Below, piece by piece: positions 38,689 to 51,400 of a stretch of DNA of 53,904 nt. Both the position numbers and the translations under genes were made by a program. The stretch comes from a virus (taxonomy: Duplodnaviria > Caudoviricetes). The stretch's first letter is position 1. Each line of letters begins with the position of its first letter. The stretch lies in IMG/VR virus record IMGVR_UViG_3300032214_001883, positions 1 through 53,904 of that record. One strand, 5' to 3'. The notes beneath the pieces were generated by a model that was given only the letters and a program-made list of their open reading frames with translations, searched no databases and was not told the origin of the DNA.

Positions 38689-38717
38689 TATTAATATTCC
38701 TAATTCAATTAGGAATA
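38689..38717 (+). promoter_or_regulatory. TATTAATA motif overlapping an 11-bp perfect inverted repeat that covers the RBS
   Basis: Motif 38689-38696. TATTCCTAATT (38695-38705) - C - AATTAGGAATA (38707-38717); AGGA at 38711-38714; ATG 38722. Confidence 0.65.
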
Positions 38718-38721
38718 AAAA

Positions 38722-39153
38722 ATGTCATTTGATTTGAAAATAAAGTCCGGAGATATTTCCTTAGAATCTAGCGGAGAAATATCTGTTGTTTCTGGAAATC
38801 AAAAGATTAGGCAGGATGTCGTTAAGATTATCCTAACTAAGATCGGAGAAAACCGATTTCATCCGCAATATGGCTCAAATACTGGCCAGCTTCAAATTGG
38901 AACGATACTAGACCAAGCCCTGGTCGAAGAAGACTTGAGACAATCAGCTCAATCCGCAATTAGGTATCTAATGCAATTGCAAAGAGAGCAGTCAAGAAAG
39001 CAGCTTTTATCTTCATCTGAAATTATTCTTGATATAAAAAATCTGCAAATAGAGCGTGATGAAGCGGACCCAAGACTTTATAACATCTTTATTTCTGTTT
39101 TAACTCAAAAACTAGAATCTATTGATGAAGTAATTACTATTAGAATAGTATAG
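38722..39153 (+). CDS. Baseplate gp25-like sheath initiator
   Basis: KIRQDVVKIILTKIGENRFHPQYGS is a GPW/gp25 signature; directly before the J-like gene. Confidence 0.88.
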   Translation: MSFDLKIKSGDISLESSGEISVVSGNQKIRQDVVKIILTKIGENRFHPQYGSNTGQLQIGTILDQALVEEDLRQSAQSAIRYLMQLQREQSRKQLLSSSEIILDIKNLQIERDEADPRLYNIFISVLTQKLESIDEVITIRIV

Positions 39154-39160
39154 GTATATT

Positions 39161-42100
39161 ATGTCAACTTTCAAATCATTTAACCAGTTAGTTACATCGA
39201 TGCTAGAGAGGCTCTCCTTCACGCAGCCAAACCTGGATACAAAGCCAGGGACTGTTGCGAGGGATCTTTTCGTAGATCTTCCTGCCGATCAGCTTGAAAA
39301 ACTATATCGAATTATATCCATAGTTGCAGAAAAGCAGTCACCAGAAACGGCGTCAGGAACCGATTTGGACAAATATGCGTCTAATTTTGGAATATCAAGA
39401 ACGAGGGGTGTTGGTGCGAGTGGAATTGTAGTATTTACAACAAACTCTATTTTTGAAGATATTCCAATACCATCCGGCTCTCAGGTTACTGCAAAAAATG
39501 GTGTTACATACAACACCGTTGGAAATTATATTTTTCAATCATCTGCAAAAGCAAAATACTCTGCGACCGCAAATAGATTAAAGAGAAGTCTTCAGATCGC
39601 TGGAAATAATGATATTTACGCCATGGAAGTTCCGGTTCAGGCTAGTAGACCCGGCACTGTCGGAAATGTAAGCTCACTTCAAATACTAAGCAATAATCTT
39701 CAGTCTGAAGTTAAAGTTGTAAATCTTTCCTCTATGAGCGGCGGAACAAATCAAGAATCAGATAATGTTTTTAGAACAAGAATTGCCTCTGTGTTTAGTG
39801 GTTCTAATACGGGTACGTCGTTAGGTTATAGGAACGCGGCCTTAACTGTGAGTGGCGTTTTAGATGCACTTGTTGTCGAGCCAGGTAACTCATTAATGCT
39901 TAGAGATGGCACGGAGACCATCAAGGTTAATGATGGTACATATAGAATTCTGAATTCTGGCACAGGGGGAAAGGTCGATATATATATCCTAGGAAAGATA
40001 CTTAGAGAAGTTAGCGAATCATTTATATTTAGAGACCAGTCGGGCACAGGAAATGTGACTGATGAAAGAAATGACTTCGTTATAGGCTCCACGACAACTG
40101 ATCTCACGAGGACCTCACAGGAAAGAAGGGTTAATGCTTTTAAAACTGGTACTTTGCCAGCACAGCCGGTTTACTCGTTAGTTTCTGTCTATGGTAGTCA
40201 ATCAGGTTTGCTTGTCGAAAAATCCGTAAGTGATCTTGGTATAACATCCGGAAATTATGAGTTAATAAAGGATGAAAATCCAGATACCGGAGGAAGTCCA
40301 TTTTCTTTCGATAAGCTACATTTTATTGACTATAGAAAAAATGTTGTAGGTGAAAATATAGCGAAGCAATCGCTGAATTCAACCGATCAGGCTTCTTCAT
40401 CTGTCATATCTGAAATAAAAGATATCTATAGAGATGTAAATATATCTCAGGAAAATTCTTTTGTCCTGTTGTCAGACAAAAGCTATATTTCATTCCTTCA
40501 TAAGCCAGTCGTTAATATAGCCAGAATACAGAATAAAACTACGGGAGAAGTTTATTCTGTAGAATCTCAAGAAATTGATCCTGAGACAGGGCTCAATATG
40601 ACTGGTCTTGTAAAAATATCAGGAAAGAATCTTCCAAATCAGTCTGATATACTTGCTTCAGATTATACCTGGAGACAATTTTTTGATAAATATGTTGATT
40701 ATAACGGATTTGATTCAAACTCTCTATTTAAAGATCCGAATGTTTCCAACGTAATAGATTGGGGAGTCTCTAACGGAATCGGCGGGGAAGCATCGGAGAT
40801 ATCATCCGAAGACGATAATACCACTTTTAAAATAACAGTTGCAAATAGCATATCTAGAGTTGTATCTGTAAAACTCCAAGATGTTATTTCCGGAACCGTA
40901 TCTCTAATATCCAATGTTGATACGGGGTCTTCATTCGGTATAGTTTTGCCATCAGGAAGCAGTGAGATATCGAACATAAATTATGTAAAAACATCAAATG
41001 GTTTGGAGCTATATAATACCAGAGAATCAAATGGAACTTTTTCCGGCTTAACAATATACCTTCCAACAGATACACCTGCAATTGTGGGTGAGACGGTATC
41101 GGTTGTTTATAATTTCAATGAGATATATAATGTTGAAAATACAGACGCTTCATTCTCAGGAAATATTATAACACTTCCATCTTCAGATGTACTTTCAAGC
41201 GCTGGACTTATTGGTGCGGTAATTAATGCGTCAAATTTATTAACACCTGTCTATATTGATTACGTTGAGGCCAGAGCACTTGTATCTCCATCATTCGGAA
41301 TGACCCTACTGCCAATAACCGGTAACGACCAGAGCAACTTACTTTTTTATGTAAACTCATCCTCTATAGACTTATCTATACAGCCTATAGCATTTAATTA
41401 TGATCAAGATACTCTCCTGCCGATCTCAATTTTAAAGAATTCTCCGGCGCCACTCGCAATATCAATTACGAATTCATCTAGTTCTGGGAAAATAAAGATC
41501 TCCGGAACTTCTTTCGGCAGAACTACTTTGTCTGGAAATTATGGAAATATTTTTAATGGAACATCTGGAAATTTAAAAAGCCAGATACTTGAATATTTAG
41601 AATTGACCTCATATAATACGGATTATTATATATCTAGAATCGATTCAGTCTATACTTTAGACTCTAAAGGAAATAAAGATTTCTCCTTTGATATGCTAGG
41701 ATATACAATAAAAAATAATGCATTTGATTCATACTCATCGAGAGTTGATAGCACAATCGAAGAATATGAATTTATATTGCCATCAACACCATTAAATACA
41801 TCTTCCAGCTTGTCCTCCGGAACAAAAGTATATATCGATCTTGTTCTCTCTAAAATCAATGATTTCGAAGAGATATATTTCTCCGGAAACAAAACGATGT
41901 ATACTTCGAAATCATATGCCAGAATATCCAGAGTTAGTGCTTCTTCTGGATTTAGAAATTCTACTGGAACTATCTCTGGGAATATGCAGATTTCATTTGC
42001 AAATCAGCCACCATCAAACACCATATACTTCTCTGATTATTCTTTTAATGCTCCAATAGAAGGCGAAAGAATTACGGTAAGATATAACATAAATCAGCTT

Positions 42101-42490
42101 TTACTTGATGTAACAAACTCAGTTGAAAACTACAGGCCGGTTACTGCGGACGTACTTGTTAAACAAGCCGAAGAACTAAAGGTTGATGTAAAGGGAACAA
42201 TTCTAATTAACGATAATAGACTTGGGAGTACCGACACAATACTTGAGAATGCTTCAAATGCAATTGCATCTGCACTTAGTACAAATATTTTGGGACCAAC
42301 CGTAGATTATGCAGATATAATATCAACTGTCATGGGTGTTGATGGTGTGGACTCTGTAAACATATCTCTTTTTAATATCTCTGGAAATAACGGAAGAAAA
42401 TCTTACATAAAAGCTCTGGATAATCAGACAATAAATCCTGGTAATATAACATTAGAAGCAGTATCTAGAAAAAACTTTAGGCTAACATAA
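39161..42490 (+). CDS. Baseplate J/gp6-like wedge protein with ~690-aa insertion
   Basis: PGTVARD...ASGTDLDKYA...FGISR...GGTNQESDNVFRTR...GGKVDIYI at the N-terminus; IISTVMGVDGVDSV at the C-terminus. Confidence 0.88.
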   Translation: MSTFKSFNQLVTSMLERLSFTQPNLDTKPGTVARDLFVDLPADQLEKLYRIISIVAEKQSPETASGTDLDKYASNFGISRTRGVGASGIVVFTTNSIFEDIPIPSGSQVTAKNGVTYNTVGNYIFQSSAKAKYSATANRLKRSLQIAGNNDIYAMEVPVQASRPGTVGNVSSLQILSNNLQSEVKVVNLSSMSGGTNQESDNVFRTRIASVFSGSNTGTSLGYRNAALTVSGVLDALVVEPGNSLMLRDGTETIKVNDGTYRILNSGTGGKVDIYILGKILREVSESFIFRDQSGTGNVTDERNDFVIGSTTTDLTRTSQERRVNAFKTGTLPAQPVYSLVSVYGSQSGLLVEKSVSDLGITSGNYELIKDENPDTGGSPFSFDKLHFIDYRKNVVGENIAKQSLNSTDQASSSVISEIKDIYRDVNISQENSFVLLSDKSYISFLHKPVVNIARIQNKTTGEVYSVESQEIDPETGLNMTGLVKISGKNLPNQSDILASDYTWRQFFDKYVDYNGFDSNSLFKDPNVSNVIDWGVSNGIGGEASEISSEDDNTTFKITVANSISRVVSVKLQDVISGTVSLISNVDTGSSFGIVLPSGSSEISNINYVKTSNGLELYNTRESNGTFSGLTIYLPTDTPAIVGETVSVVYNFNEIYNVENTDASFSGNIITLPSSDVLSSAGLIGAVINASNLLTPVYIDYVEARALVSPSFGMTLLPITGNDQSNLLFYVNSSSIDLSIQPIAFNYDQDTLLPISILKNSPAPLAISITNSSSSGKIKISGTSFGRTTLSGNYGNIFNGTSGNLKSQILEYLELTSYNTDYYISRIDSVYTLDSKGNKDFSFDMLGYTIKNNAFDSYSSRVDSTIEEYEFILPSTPLNTSSSLSSGTKVYIDLVLSKINDFEEIYFSGNKTMYTSKSYARISRVSASSGFRNSTGTISGNMQISFANQPPSNTIYFSDYSFNAPIEGERITVRYNINQLLLDVTNSVENYRPVTADVLVKQAEELKVDVKGTILINDNRLGSTDTILENASNAIASALSTNILGPTVDYADIISTVMGVDGVDSVNISLFNISGNNGRKSYIKALDNQTINPGNITLEAVSRKNFRLT

Positions 42491-45400
42491 TGATTTTGAG
42501 ACCAACTTCATTCTTCATTCCATCTAGTACCGAGTTAAAAATATTCTTTTCACTAGAGCTTTCATTAGCACTAACGAAAGATAATTTTTATATTGAGTCT
42601 ATAAGTGGTAGTGGATCTGATCTTGAAATTGTTTCGGTCGAAATAAAATCCAATTCCGCCGTACTAAAGACAAGGCCTCAGGTTCCAGGAAATTATTATC
42701 TTTTAAGATTGCAGGATACAGATTATCAGCCATTTACTGCGTCAGATGGCTCTCAATTAATTAACGATTCTGTTTCTCGCGATATTTTCTTTCTCGGTAT
42801 AGATAACGTAAATAAGATTAGAGATGATATGCTCTCTAAGGTTCCGCAAATCTATAATATAGATGGAACCAAAATATATAACGTCATTTCCGGTGTTGCC
42901 GAAGAAATTTTAGATGCACAGCATGATATAGGGAGTGTTTTAAATAGCAATTATTTAAAATTATCTTCATTTGAAGAGATTAGGACTAGGGGTTCCGGTG
43001 CTTATGATAGACTTGCAAATGAAAATGCATATGACGTAACTTCTGTTTCAAAGTTTAGGGCTGCAGATAACAACTTCGCCAATCAATTAGTTGTAAACTC
43101 TGCCTCCACTAGCCCAATAAATCTTAGACAAACCTTGGTCGAATCTGAAGAGATAAGCTCCTCAACAAAACAGAACTCGTTTGTTGGATTTTTATTAAAT
43201 CTTTCAAAGAACAACATACTAAAAGTACTCTCCATAAAAGTGGTAAGGGATGACGATCTAGAAGATTGTAATGGAAACATTGGAACATATTATGATATCG
43301 AAAAGTATAAATACTCGATACTCAATAATCGTTATGACCAAGACAATGCGTTTTCTTTTTATCAGTTGTCCCCAAATCAAGTATTAATTTCTGACTTCGG
43401 AAATATAGCAAGGCTTGAGCCAACCGACACGGTTATTGTGTCATATTACTATGATGATGTATCAAAAAACATAGATCTAGATACGCTACAGGTGTATTCA
43501 AAAGAAAGTGTTATTAATGAGTCTGTTCCATCAAACTCCACAAATTTCTTCCTAAAGAACGCACCAATCATAAATGATTCTGGCGCCGTAGCAACTATAG
43601 ACGCAGTGGCGTTCAAAACATCTGAAAATTCAAATAATGTACCGGCAGAATTTTCCATAGAATTGGAATTTAGTTTCTCTAGGCTTCCAAGAAGTTTAGG
43701 GGAATATTCTGTAAATTATGAGACTGGCGAGGTCGTACTTGTTGGTTCGTCCAGGGCTGGCGAGGGAACAGGTTTTAATTATCACTATTGCGATTATATA
43801 TACAAAAATATTTTCTCAAAAGATGTTGATTATTTTGTTGATGGTGGAGAGATTGACTTCAAATCGAATAGGCCAATTATAGGAAAAACCGTATATATAG
43901 ATTATAACTATACCTCTGTTTTTAGACCGGGAATAGATTACGCTACAAAAACACATAGCGAATCGCTCGGAGAGTTAGTTCAGAATAAATATACATCTTC
44001 TTTCTCGATTAAAACAGAGAATTCTCCAATTACGGACGTTTTTAGAGTTTCCAATCAAACTACCGGAGAGGTTTACTCTGTACTTTATTTTAATGATAAC
44101 GAGATATTCATATCCGGAAGAGTTTTGCCAAGAGTTTTGTCAAAACTTGATGAGTCACCAAACTTCAAGACTGAGTTTAATGAACCTCTGGTTGCGAACG
44201 CAGAGGTTGTATCGCCAATGTACAAAGGGATTATTACATCAAATCCCTCGACAAATGCGATAACAATAAGCCCTCCAATACCTGCAGAATTTTTAGATCC
44301 TTCATCAAGCTATATTATGAGGATCGATGAAAATATCGATGGAGTCATCTCGGTTACTGATAAGTACATCTCTTATTTTCATTCTGCAGATGGAAATAAT
44401 AATATAGCCACTCTCGCAATATCTCCAACGGACGTGGTTCCATCCGTTGGTCAAAAAATTATCATCGGCGTTAAGACATTTGTTTTTAATCTAAAAAATA
44501 ATTTAATTCTAAATAAAAACAAGGACAGTATCGGAAGCCTTGTATCCTCATCGATAGAATTTAATAATGAAGACTTTAAAAGTGAAAAATACTTTAAAAA
44601 AATAAGCAAAAATAATGCAATTTTGCCGACATCTGCAGGTTCTATATTTTACACCGTTTCAACTGACTCAACGAACATACTCTATGGAAACTTATCAAAA
44701 ATAAGGGCGTCCGGAGATTATTCGGTTGATTATCAAAATGGCGTAATTTATCTCGGAGTGAATCCAACCCAGTCCTATTTTGTTGGCGAGGTTTCGTATA
44801 CTCACGGTGAACATTCTGCGCAAAACTACAACATCATATCTGCCGACTTTATCTCAAAGAGAAATAAAATATCTGAAGATAAGAACCAGTCACAGGTTAT
44901 TTATGACTCTCTTTATTCAAAACAAGATTCTATAAAGATTTTAGATTTAGAGGCGACATACCAGTTTTACTCTGGAGATTTAGTTGCCGATTCTAACGGA
45001 GAATATCAGGAATCATTTATTGTAAGGCCAGATTATACAGCCTATACAACTTATGACATAAGCTCTATATATGCGGTAAATACGCTGCAGGATCTTTTCG
45101 GAAACAATTTAAGCTCAATATATCCTTACAATAGAGAGATTGAAAAAACATCAGAGCAATTAACGACACCTATTCTGGATGGTGGATTTAATTATTTTGA
45201 TTCAAAGTATGTATCTTTCTCAAAAAACTTAATTGATTTCAAGGGAAGCTTTACATCAAGATTGATTCTTGGTTCTGGCGGAATATATGAAATTCAAATA
45301 AAAGATGAGCAAGTATCAAGTTTTTATAACGCAATAGACCCAAATTCTGGCGATGAGATTATCGATGTTAGCTACAATATTTATCTTCAGAGAGGTATAT

Positions 45401-48400
45401 CGGTAACCTCAACAGTTGTGGGTCCAACTACAATCGAGGTTTATTTCGATCAAATTGACTCAAACTACTTTTTTAATGATGGATATGATTACATCATAGA
45501 TTCAAGCTCTAATGAGTTTTTGGTGACAGAATACAATCAATTTGATGGATATTTTGTAATTGAAAAATTTGCTTCAAATAATCCATCAAATGAATTTTCT
45601 TCAGATTCATTTAGTTTAATTTTAAAGCCATCAATATCCATTTCAAGTGGAATGCTAACCATTTTAATTCCGGAGAACTTCGTATTTGATGATTATTCGA
45701 AGATAAAAGTAAGCTTTCTTACAACAATAACTCCTGCCGTAGGTACAGCATTGGCAGTAGATTATCACTACGGCTCTATTTACATCGATTACACTTATGT
45801 ATATGATAATCTATCAGTATGGTATGAGCATGGTGATAATCAGATTGATTGGAGCATTAATAATTCAATCTCAGAAGGAGAGACTTACTACGTAAGCTAC
45901 AACTACGGAGCGCTAAGAAATTCATTAAAGAAAAATTTTGCAGCACTAACAAACATACCAAAGCTTAAAAATTTCCCATTAAATATGGACCGAGAAGCTT
46001 ATCGAGACTTTTTAATTGGAGTATTGCAGTCATTTCCAAAGGGGCCGACTATACCATCAATTTCTGGCCTGATCAGCTCTGTCACAAAAACAAAGCCTGA
46101 TATTACCGAATCTGTTTTCGGCAATTGGATTTTAGGAAGAGATTACCTCAGCCATCAGACAGTTAACTACGATGGAAACTTGGTTTTTGAGCCAGCAAAA
46201 TTTAACGATGGACTATCAATAAATAATGATAACATCATAACGATTCCTGCGGTATCAAACCTATCTCTTAACGAGGGTACTCTAGAGGCTTGGGTTAGAC
46301 CAAACTGGAATGGCATTGATAATGACGCAACTCTTACATTTGATTTTGAAAACGTCGGAACAAGTGTATACTCATACGTTGGCGGTGGAGATCCATTTGA
46401 TTTTAAAAATGGATTTAAAACATCGACAAACATAGAGATTGGAAACTACGGAACAGATCCTACCGGTTCGCAGCTAACAATATTCAAGGCAAGTGTAGAT
46501 GGTGATGGATATGATCCATCGCTTGTCGACCTTAACTTCTCAATAACTCATGACAAGTCTGAAGTTACAAGAATAAATAAAACAAATTTTGTAATAAATA
46601 TAAAGCAAAATTATTTAAATGTTGGAGGGCTATCTCCATATCTTTCTTTAAATTCGCAGAAGATGCTCTCCGGCGGGTTTGTAGCCATTGATGATGACTT
46701 CAGAACTATACTCCTGGAGCTAGGATATTTATCCTATTCTAGTTCCCCTACAGTCTATGTGTCATCGAGCATATCTGGAGATACTCTGCTAGATTTTGCC
46801 CCTCCATATCAAACGAGGGGATGTAAGTGTGAGGTTGTAGATCAAAATTCAGTTCTACAAAATTTCAACAACCTGACGTTTCATATTTCTTTTGACGAAA
46901 ATATAAACTCCTCTGACATTATTTATTCTGATGCAGTCATAACATCTAGTCCAAAATCATTCTGCTTGGTCGATCAAGACGGATATTTATATGATGTAGT
47001 ATCTATGTTTGACTCGTTCGGGATTGAGCACAAATCTGATATGCCGACGATCATATCAAAGATTGTTGTGAAAAGATATCCAGAAAATTATCAGTCTCTT
47101 AGCTCAAAACAAGCAGCTGATATTAACTCAATTCAAATAACAAGCTTTATGATTTTAAATAAGGTTATAAAGCTAAAACCAGGGCTAGATGATTCGTCCG
47201 GCTCTAACAAGTCAAATATATTCTTTGGCTCTCCAAATAACGCTTTGTTAAACTGGTCAGAGTTCAGCAGAATATCAATATCTAGAGACCCCATACAGAA
47301 TCTATCAACGATATCGATTTCCGGAAACTCTTTTCAGTATTTCTATACGGACTTTTATTCTTCTGACTCCGTTATTCCTGAGCGCCTCCAAAATTTAGAT
47401 AAGAACAAAATTTCAATAGGAGTTTTGTCCATAGCATCAATAAGCATTAAGGGTTTTAGGCTTGAGGTGGAGAATAAATTTGGATTATCCGATATTTATA
47501 TTGGCTCTTCTGGATATCATCCCGCAAGAAGTTTGTTCCGTGTAAATAGAGCGGACGGAAGTAATAGCGTTGGAATCAGTCCAAAAGTTGAAAATACAGA
47601 GGGAATATTTATTGGTTTCGATCCCAACTGTGCATCGCCAGTAGATAGCAGTGTTGGTCAATGGGTAATTAAAGTTAGAAATAATAAGTTTTCTAGCTTA
47701 CCATATGATGTAAATGTAGATGGGGCTGAGTATGAAAATCTATATTCATCGGAAATGGTTCCATCTCCCCTGATCGGAAAAATAGAGACGGACGGTGAGT
47801 TTTCATCTGCTGCGAGAGGCAGAAGATTGGTCGGAGGTTCATGTGGAAACGACTCTCTGGATTGCTCTGGATTCTTAAGATACTGCGGAGAGCAGCCACT
47901 TGAAGATGGCTGGATAAAGTACTCGGATACGAGTTCTGACCTAATCAATGTTTTTGGCGGAAGGCAACAGGAAATAATTCCTTGGCTGAAGATAGGTGAC
48001 TTCTCAACATCATTAAGTAATTCATCCTACAGAATGGAGTCGTTGCAGCAGTCTTTTGAAGACCAAGTAGCTTCTTTTGGTTACGGGTTATTGACACCGC
48101 ACGAGTGCAATCTTGGCGATACTTCGATATCAAATTCAATAAAAATAAATTTTGTTGACTCTTCATTGATAAGTCTGGGTTTAAATGCCATAGAATCAAG
48201 CTTCTTTTATACTGGTATTTGCCCAATAATATACTCTACATCCGAATATGAAATATCTGTCGCATATGCTTTTGACCAGTTTGGTCAAGAAATAATCAGT
48301 TTAATCGATCAGGTCTCCGGACAAGAGGTGGCGACAGTTGTTTTCAGCTGGAATGACTTCAATTACCACTCTGTAAATCTAGAAGTTCTAAATAAAGATG

Positions 48401-51400
48401 ATATTGTAAGAGTATTTTTTGATAATTCATTGATATTAATCTCAAGTTTATCAAGCTTTTCAAAGAAAGAGATTGTTAACTGTCAACTAACCCCCTCAAA
48501 TTATATTGCGACATCAATTTTAAATGCGAAGCTTGTTAATGCATCTGAGTTTATAGCGTCTGTTGCCAGCACCAGCTTGGACACCAATTTAATCATGATG
48601 TCTTATAGCTACGTTGATGGAGAAATGAAACTTGAGGACGGAGATCTCTTCATACAGGAAAACGACTCCAAGATATCTTTTAGCTTGATTGGAAACTCTG
48701 ACGATGATCTCTTTGAGGTTGACGGATACATAACGCTTTCGGATTTGGATGAAATTTTTATAACATCTGATCGTCCAAAGTATTTGGTTGATTCTGGAAT
48801 ATCGGAATCAAACTCGAGATTTTCGATATTTAAAGACGGAAAGGGATTTTTAAACTTTAGAATATATGATAGAAAGATTGGAGATGAAAATACCCTATTT
48901 AACATCTCAACAGACGTCAGAAGCTTTAAGATGGGAGAGCTGCATCATATTGCCGCAAGTTGGAAATTAAACTCTCATAATGAGTCTGATGAGATGCATC
49001 TTTTTGTTGATGGTCTTGAGGCAGCAAATATCTATAAGTTCGGTGGAAAGATACCATTAAAGCTGAATGCAAAATTTTCAGATGTGAGCCAAGAGGTTCT
49101 TCAGGATCATATTTATAAAAATATAGTTTATTACGACGTCATTTCTTCTGCAGCAATTCTTGCTGGCGATACAAAGCTATACTCCGAATACTTTACGGGC
49201 TCTGAAGACATAGTTTCTAGGGGAATAATTATAAAAAGTTCTGCTTTGGCAGACTCGATTGTTGGTAATTATTATACAATAATTGCCGTTGGAGATGGAT
49301 TCATTCAACTTGGAGATCCGGAGACGTTTAATCCCGTAGTTTTCCAGGTTTCAGCATCAGATATATCCTTTCAATTTCCACCAAGCTGCGGAGAAATTTA
49401 TGGCATAAAGACAGATATTTATAATGACAGATTCTCCATAATAAAGTCAGACTGCGAAGGCAATAGGTTTGAAATGGGTGGGGTTGAAGTCGGCATAATA
49501 GATGGAGAGCCATTCATTTCCACAAACAACGTTTATGAACAATCATTTAGATATAACTCTAAACTTAGAATTATAGAATTTATAAAATATGACGATTATA
49601 CATGCTCATGGATAGAGTCTGCGGAAAAAACGGACATATCAATAAGCATCGTCACATATGGTTTGAAGACAAGGCTTTTGAATCAGATAATTCAGCTATC
49701 TGGTTCATCATTATATACTAGCGCTAGTAACGATCTTTCATTCTATCTTAACGTAGATGAATCAATAAGCTTAGTGCAAACAAGCGGTCCAAAACCAAGG
49801 GACATACTGGATGTCGAGATTAAAAAAATCCTAATCAAAGATTATATAGTTGATGAGTCAACCATAACCATTGAGGATGGGCCAGTCAGTGATTTCCAAT
49901 TTATCGTAAATAAAGAAACAAGTCTTTTAACAAGTGAATATATATCAAAATCAAAAATTAATGATGGAAGATATCTATCTTTAATTATAGACACTGATAA
50001 TATAGAATTTTGTGGTACAGATGGATATTCTGAAGAGATAAATTATGTAGATATATATGGAGCTAATTCTTCTGGAAGTCCATTCGAAAGAGTTTTCTTC
50101 AATCAGAACGGCGCATTTAAAACATCAGAAAGATTCTATTCTCTTGACAGTATATCTGGAAAAGTAAAGCCGATTGATACAGATTATGAAGTCTGCAAGA
50201 TATCTGTAGAAGAAAGTGATAATATCAATGTTCAAAATGGACTTGGTGATTTTGCCAAGATTGAAAGATTTGTGGATGGAAAGATTATAATTGCAACGGC
50301 TGGCTCTGAAATTTACGACCCATTTGAATTACCACCAGGATATTATAGACTTCAATATCCAAGCACGCTCTTTGTTGATATCCCAATTGTTGGAAACAAG
50401 CTATATATTGGTTCATCCATTTTTGGGAAAAACCAGCTAAATGCAATTATTGATGACTTTGTAATAAAGAGCGAGATGCTTCTGGATTTAAGGCCATATC
50501 AGCTAAGTGCGGATGGGATGAAGACAATTACGCATGATTTTAATAAACCAAAAAATCACTGTTTATCGAGCAATGTTCTCTCCTTGATTACATTTAATAA
50601 TCCAGTTGACTATCAGTCAAGGATGCTCAGAACTTACACCTTTTTAGACCAAGAAAACAATATTTCTTATACACTAGACTTGGATGAGCGTGAGAAACTT
50701 ATAAAGTTAATCAACAATAAAGAAGAATTCATATCAACAATGATCAATATGGGCTATTCCATCGAAGATGCGACAAAAGTATTCGTTGTTTGTCACGGTG
50801 CTAATGGTGGCCCAATTAAAAATATAGCAGAGTCATATCCAATATTTTCAGATGTTTCTACAAGCTCTTCAAGCGTAAATAGTTCTTTTGGCAACTCTGC
50901 AAAATTCAATAACAACAAGTATTCTTTCTTTAATAACAACTCTATACTTAGAAATGACTCTGGGCAAATTGAATTTTGGGTCAGCCCGATGATTGACACA
51001 AAATATGATTTTAAGACAAGATACTACTTTGATGCATATTCCGCAGTAAGAATATCTACAAAGACTACTGCTAGCAATCTGATTAAGCTGTCAAATCCCG
51101 CATCAAAAATACTCAGCGTTAAATTGCTAAAAAATAACCAAGAATTTTCTCAATATCTTGTTGATAAAAATTTGCAAGAAATTCTTTTCGATGAAATTTC
51201 TAGAAGCGAAATAACCGGTATGTTGCAGGGTGGTACTGGAGTTGAGAAAGATTTCTCAGGAGGGGCGACACTCTCTCCGGATGGAAGGACTATATTGTTG
51301 ACCGAAACTATGCCCGGTGCAAATATCGATGTTGTCGTAACTTACATTCCAAAAGAGTTTTCCGGACAGAGGATCTCTATACTTAAGGATCGTTTTTCTA

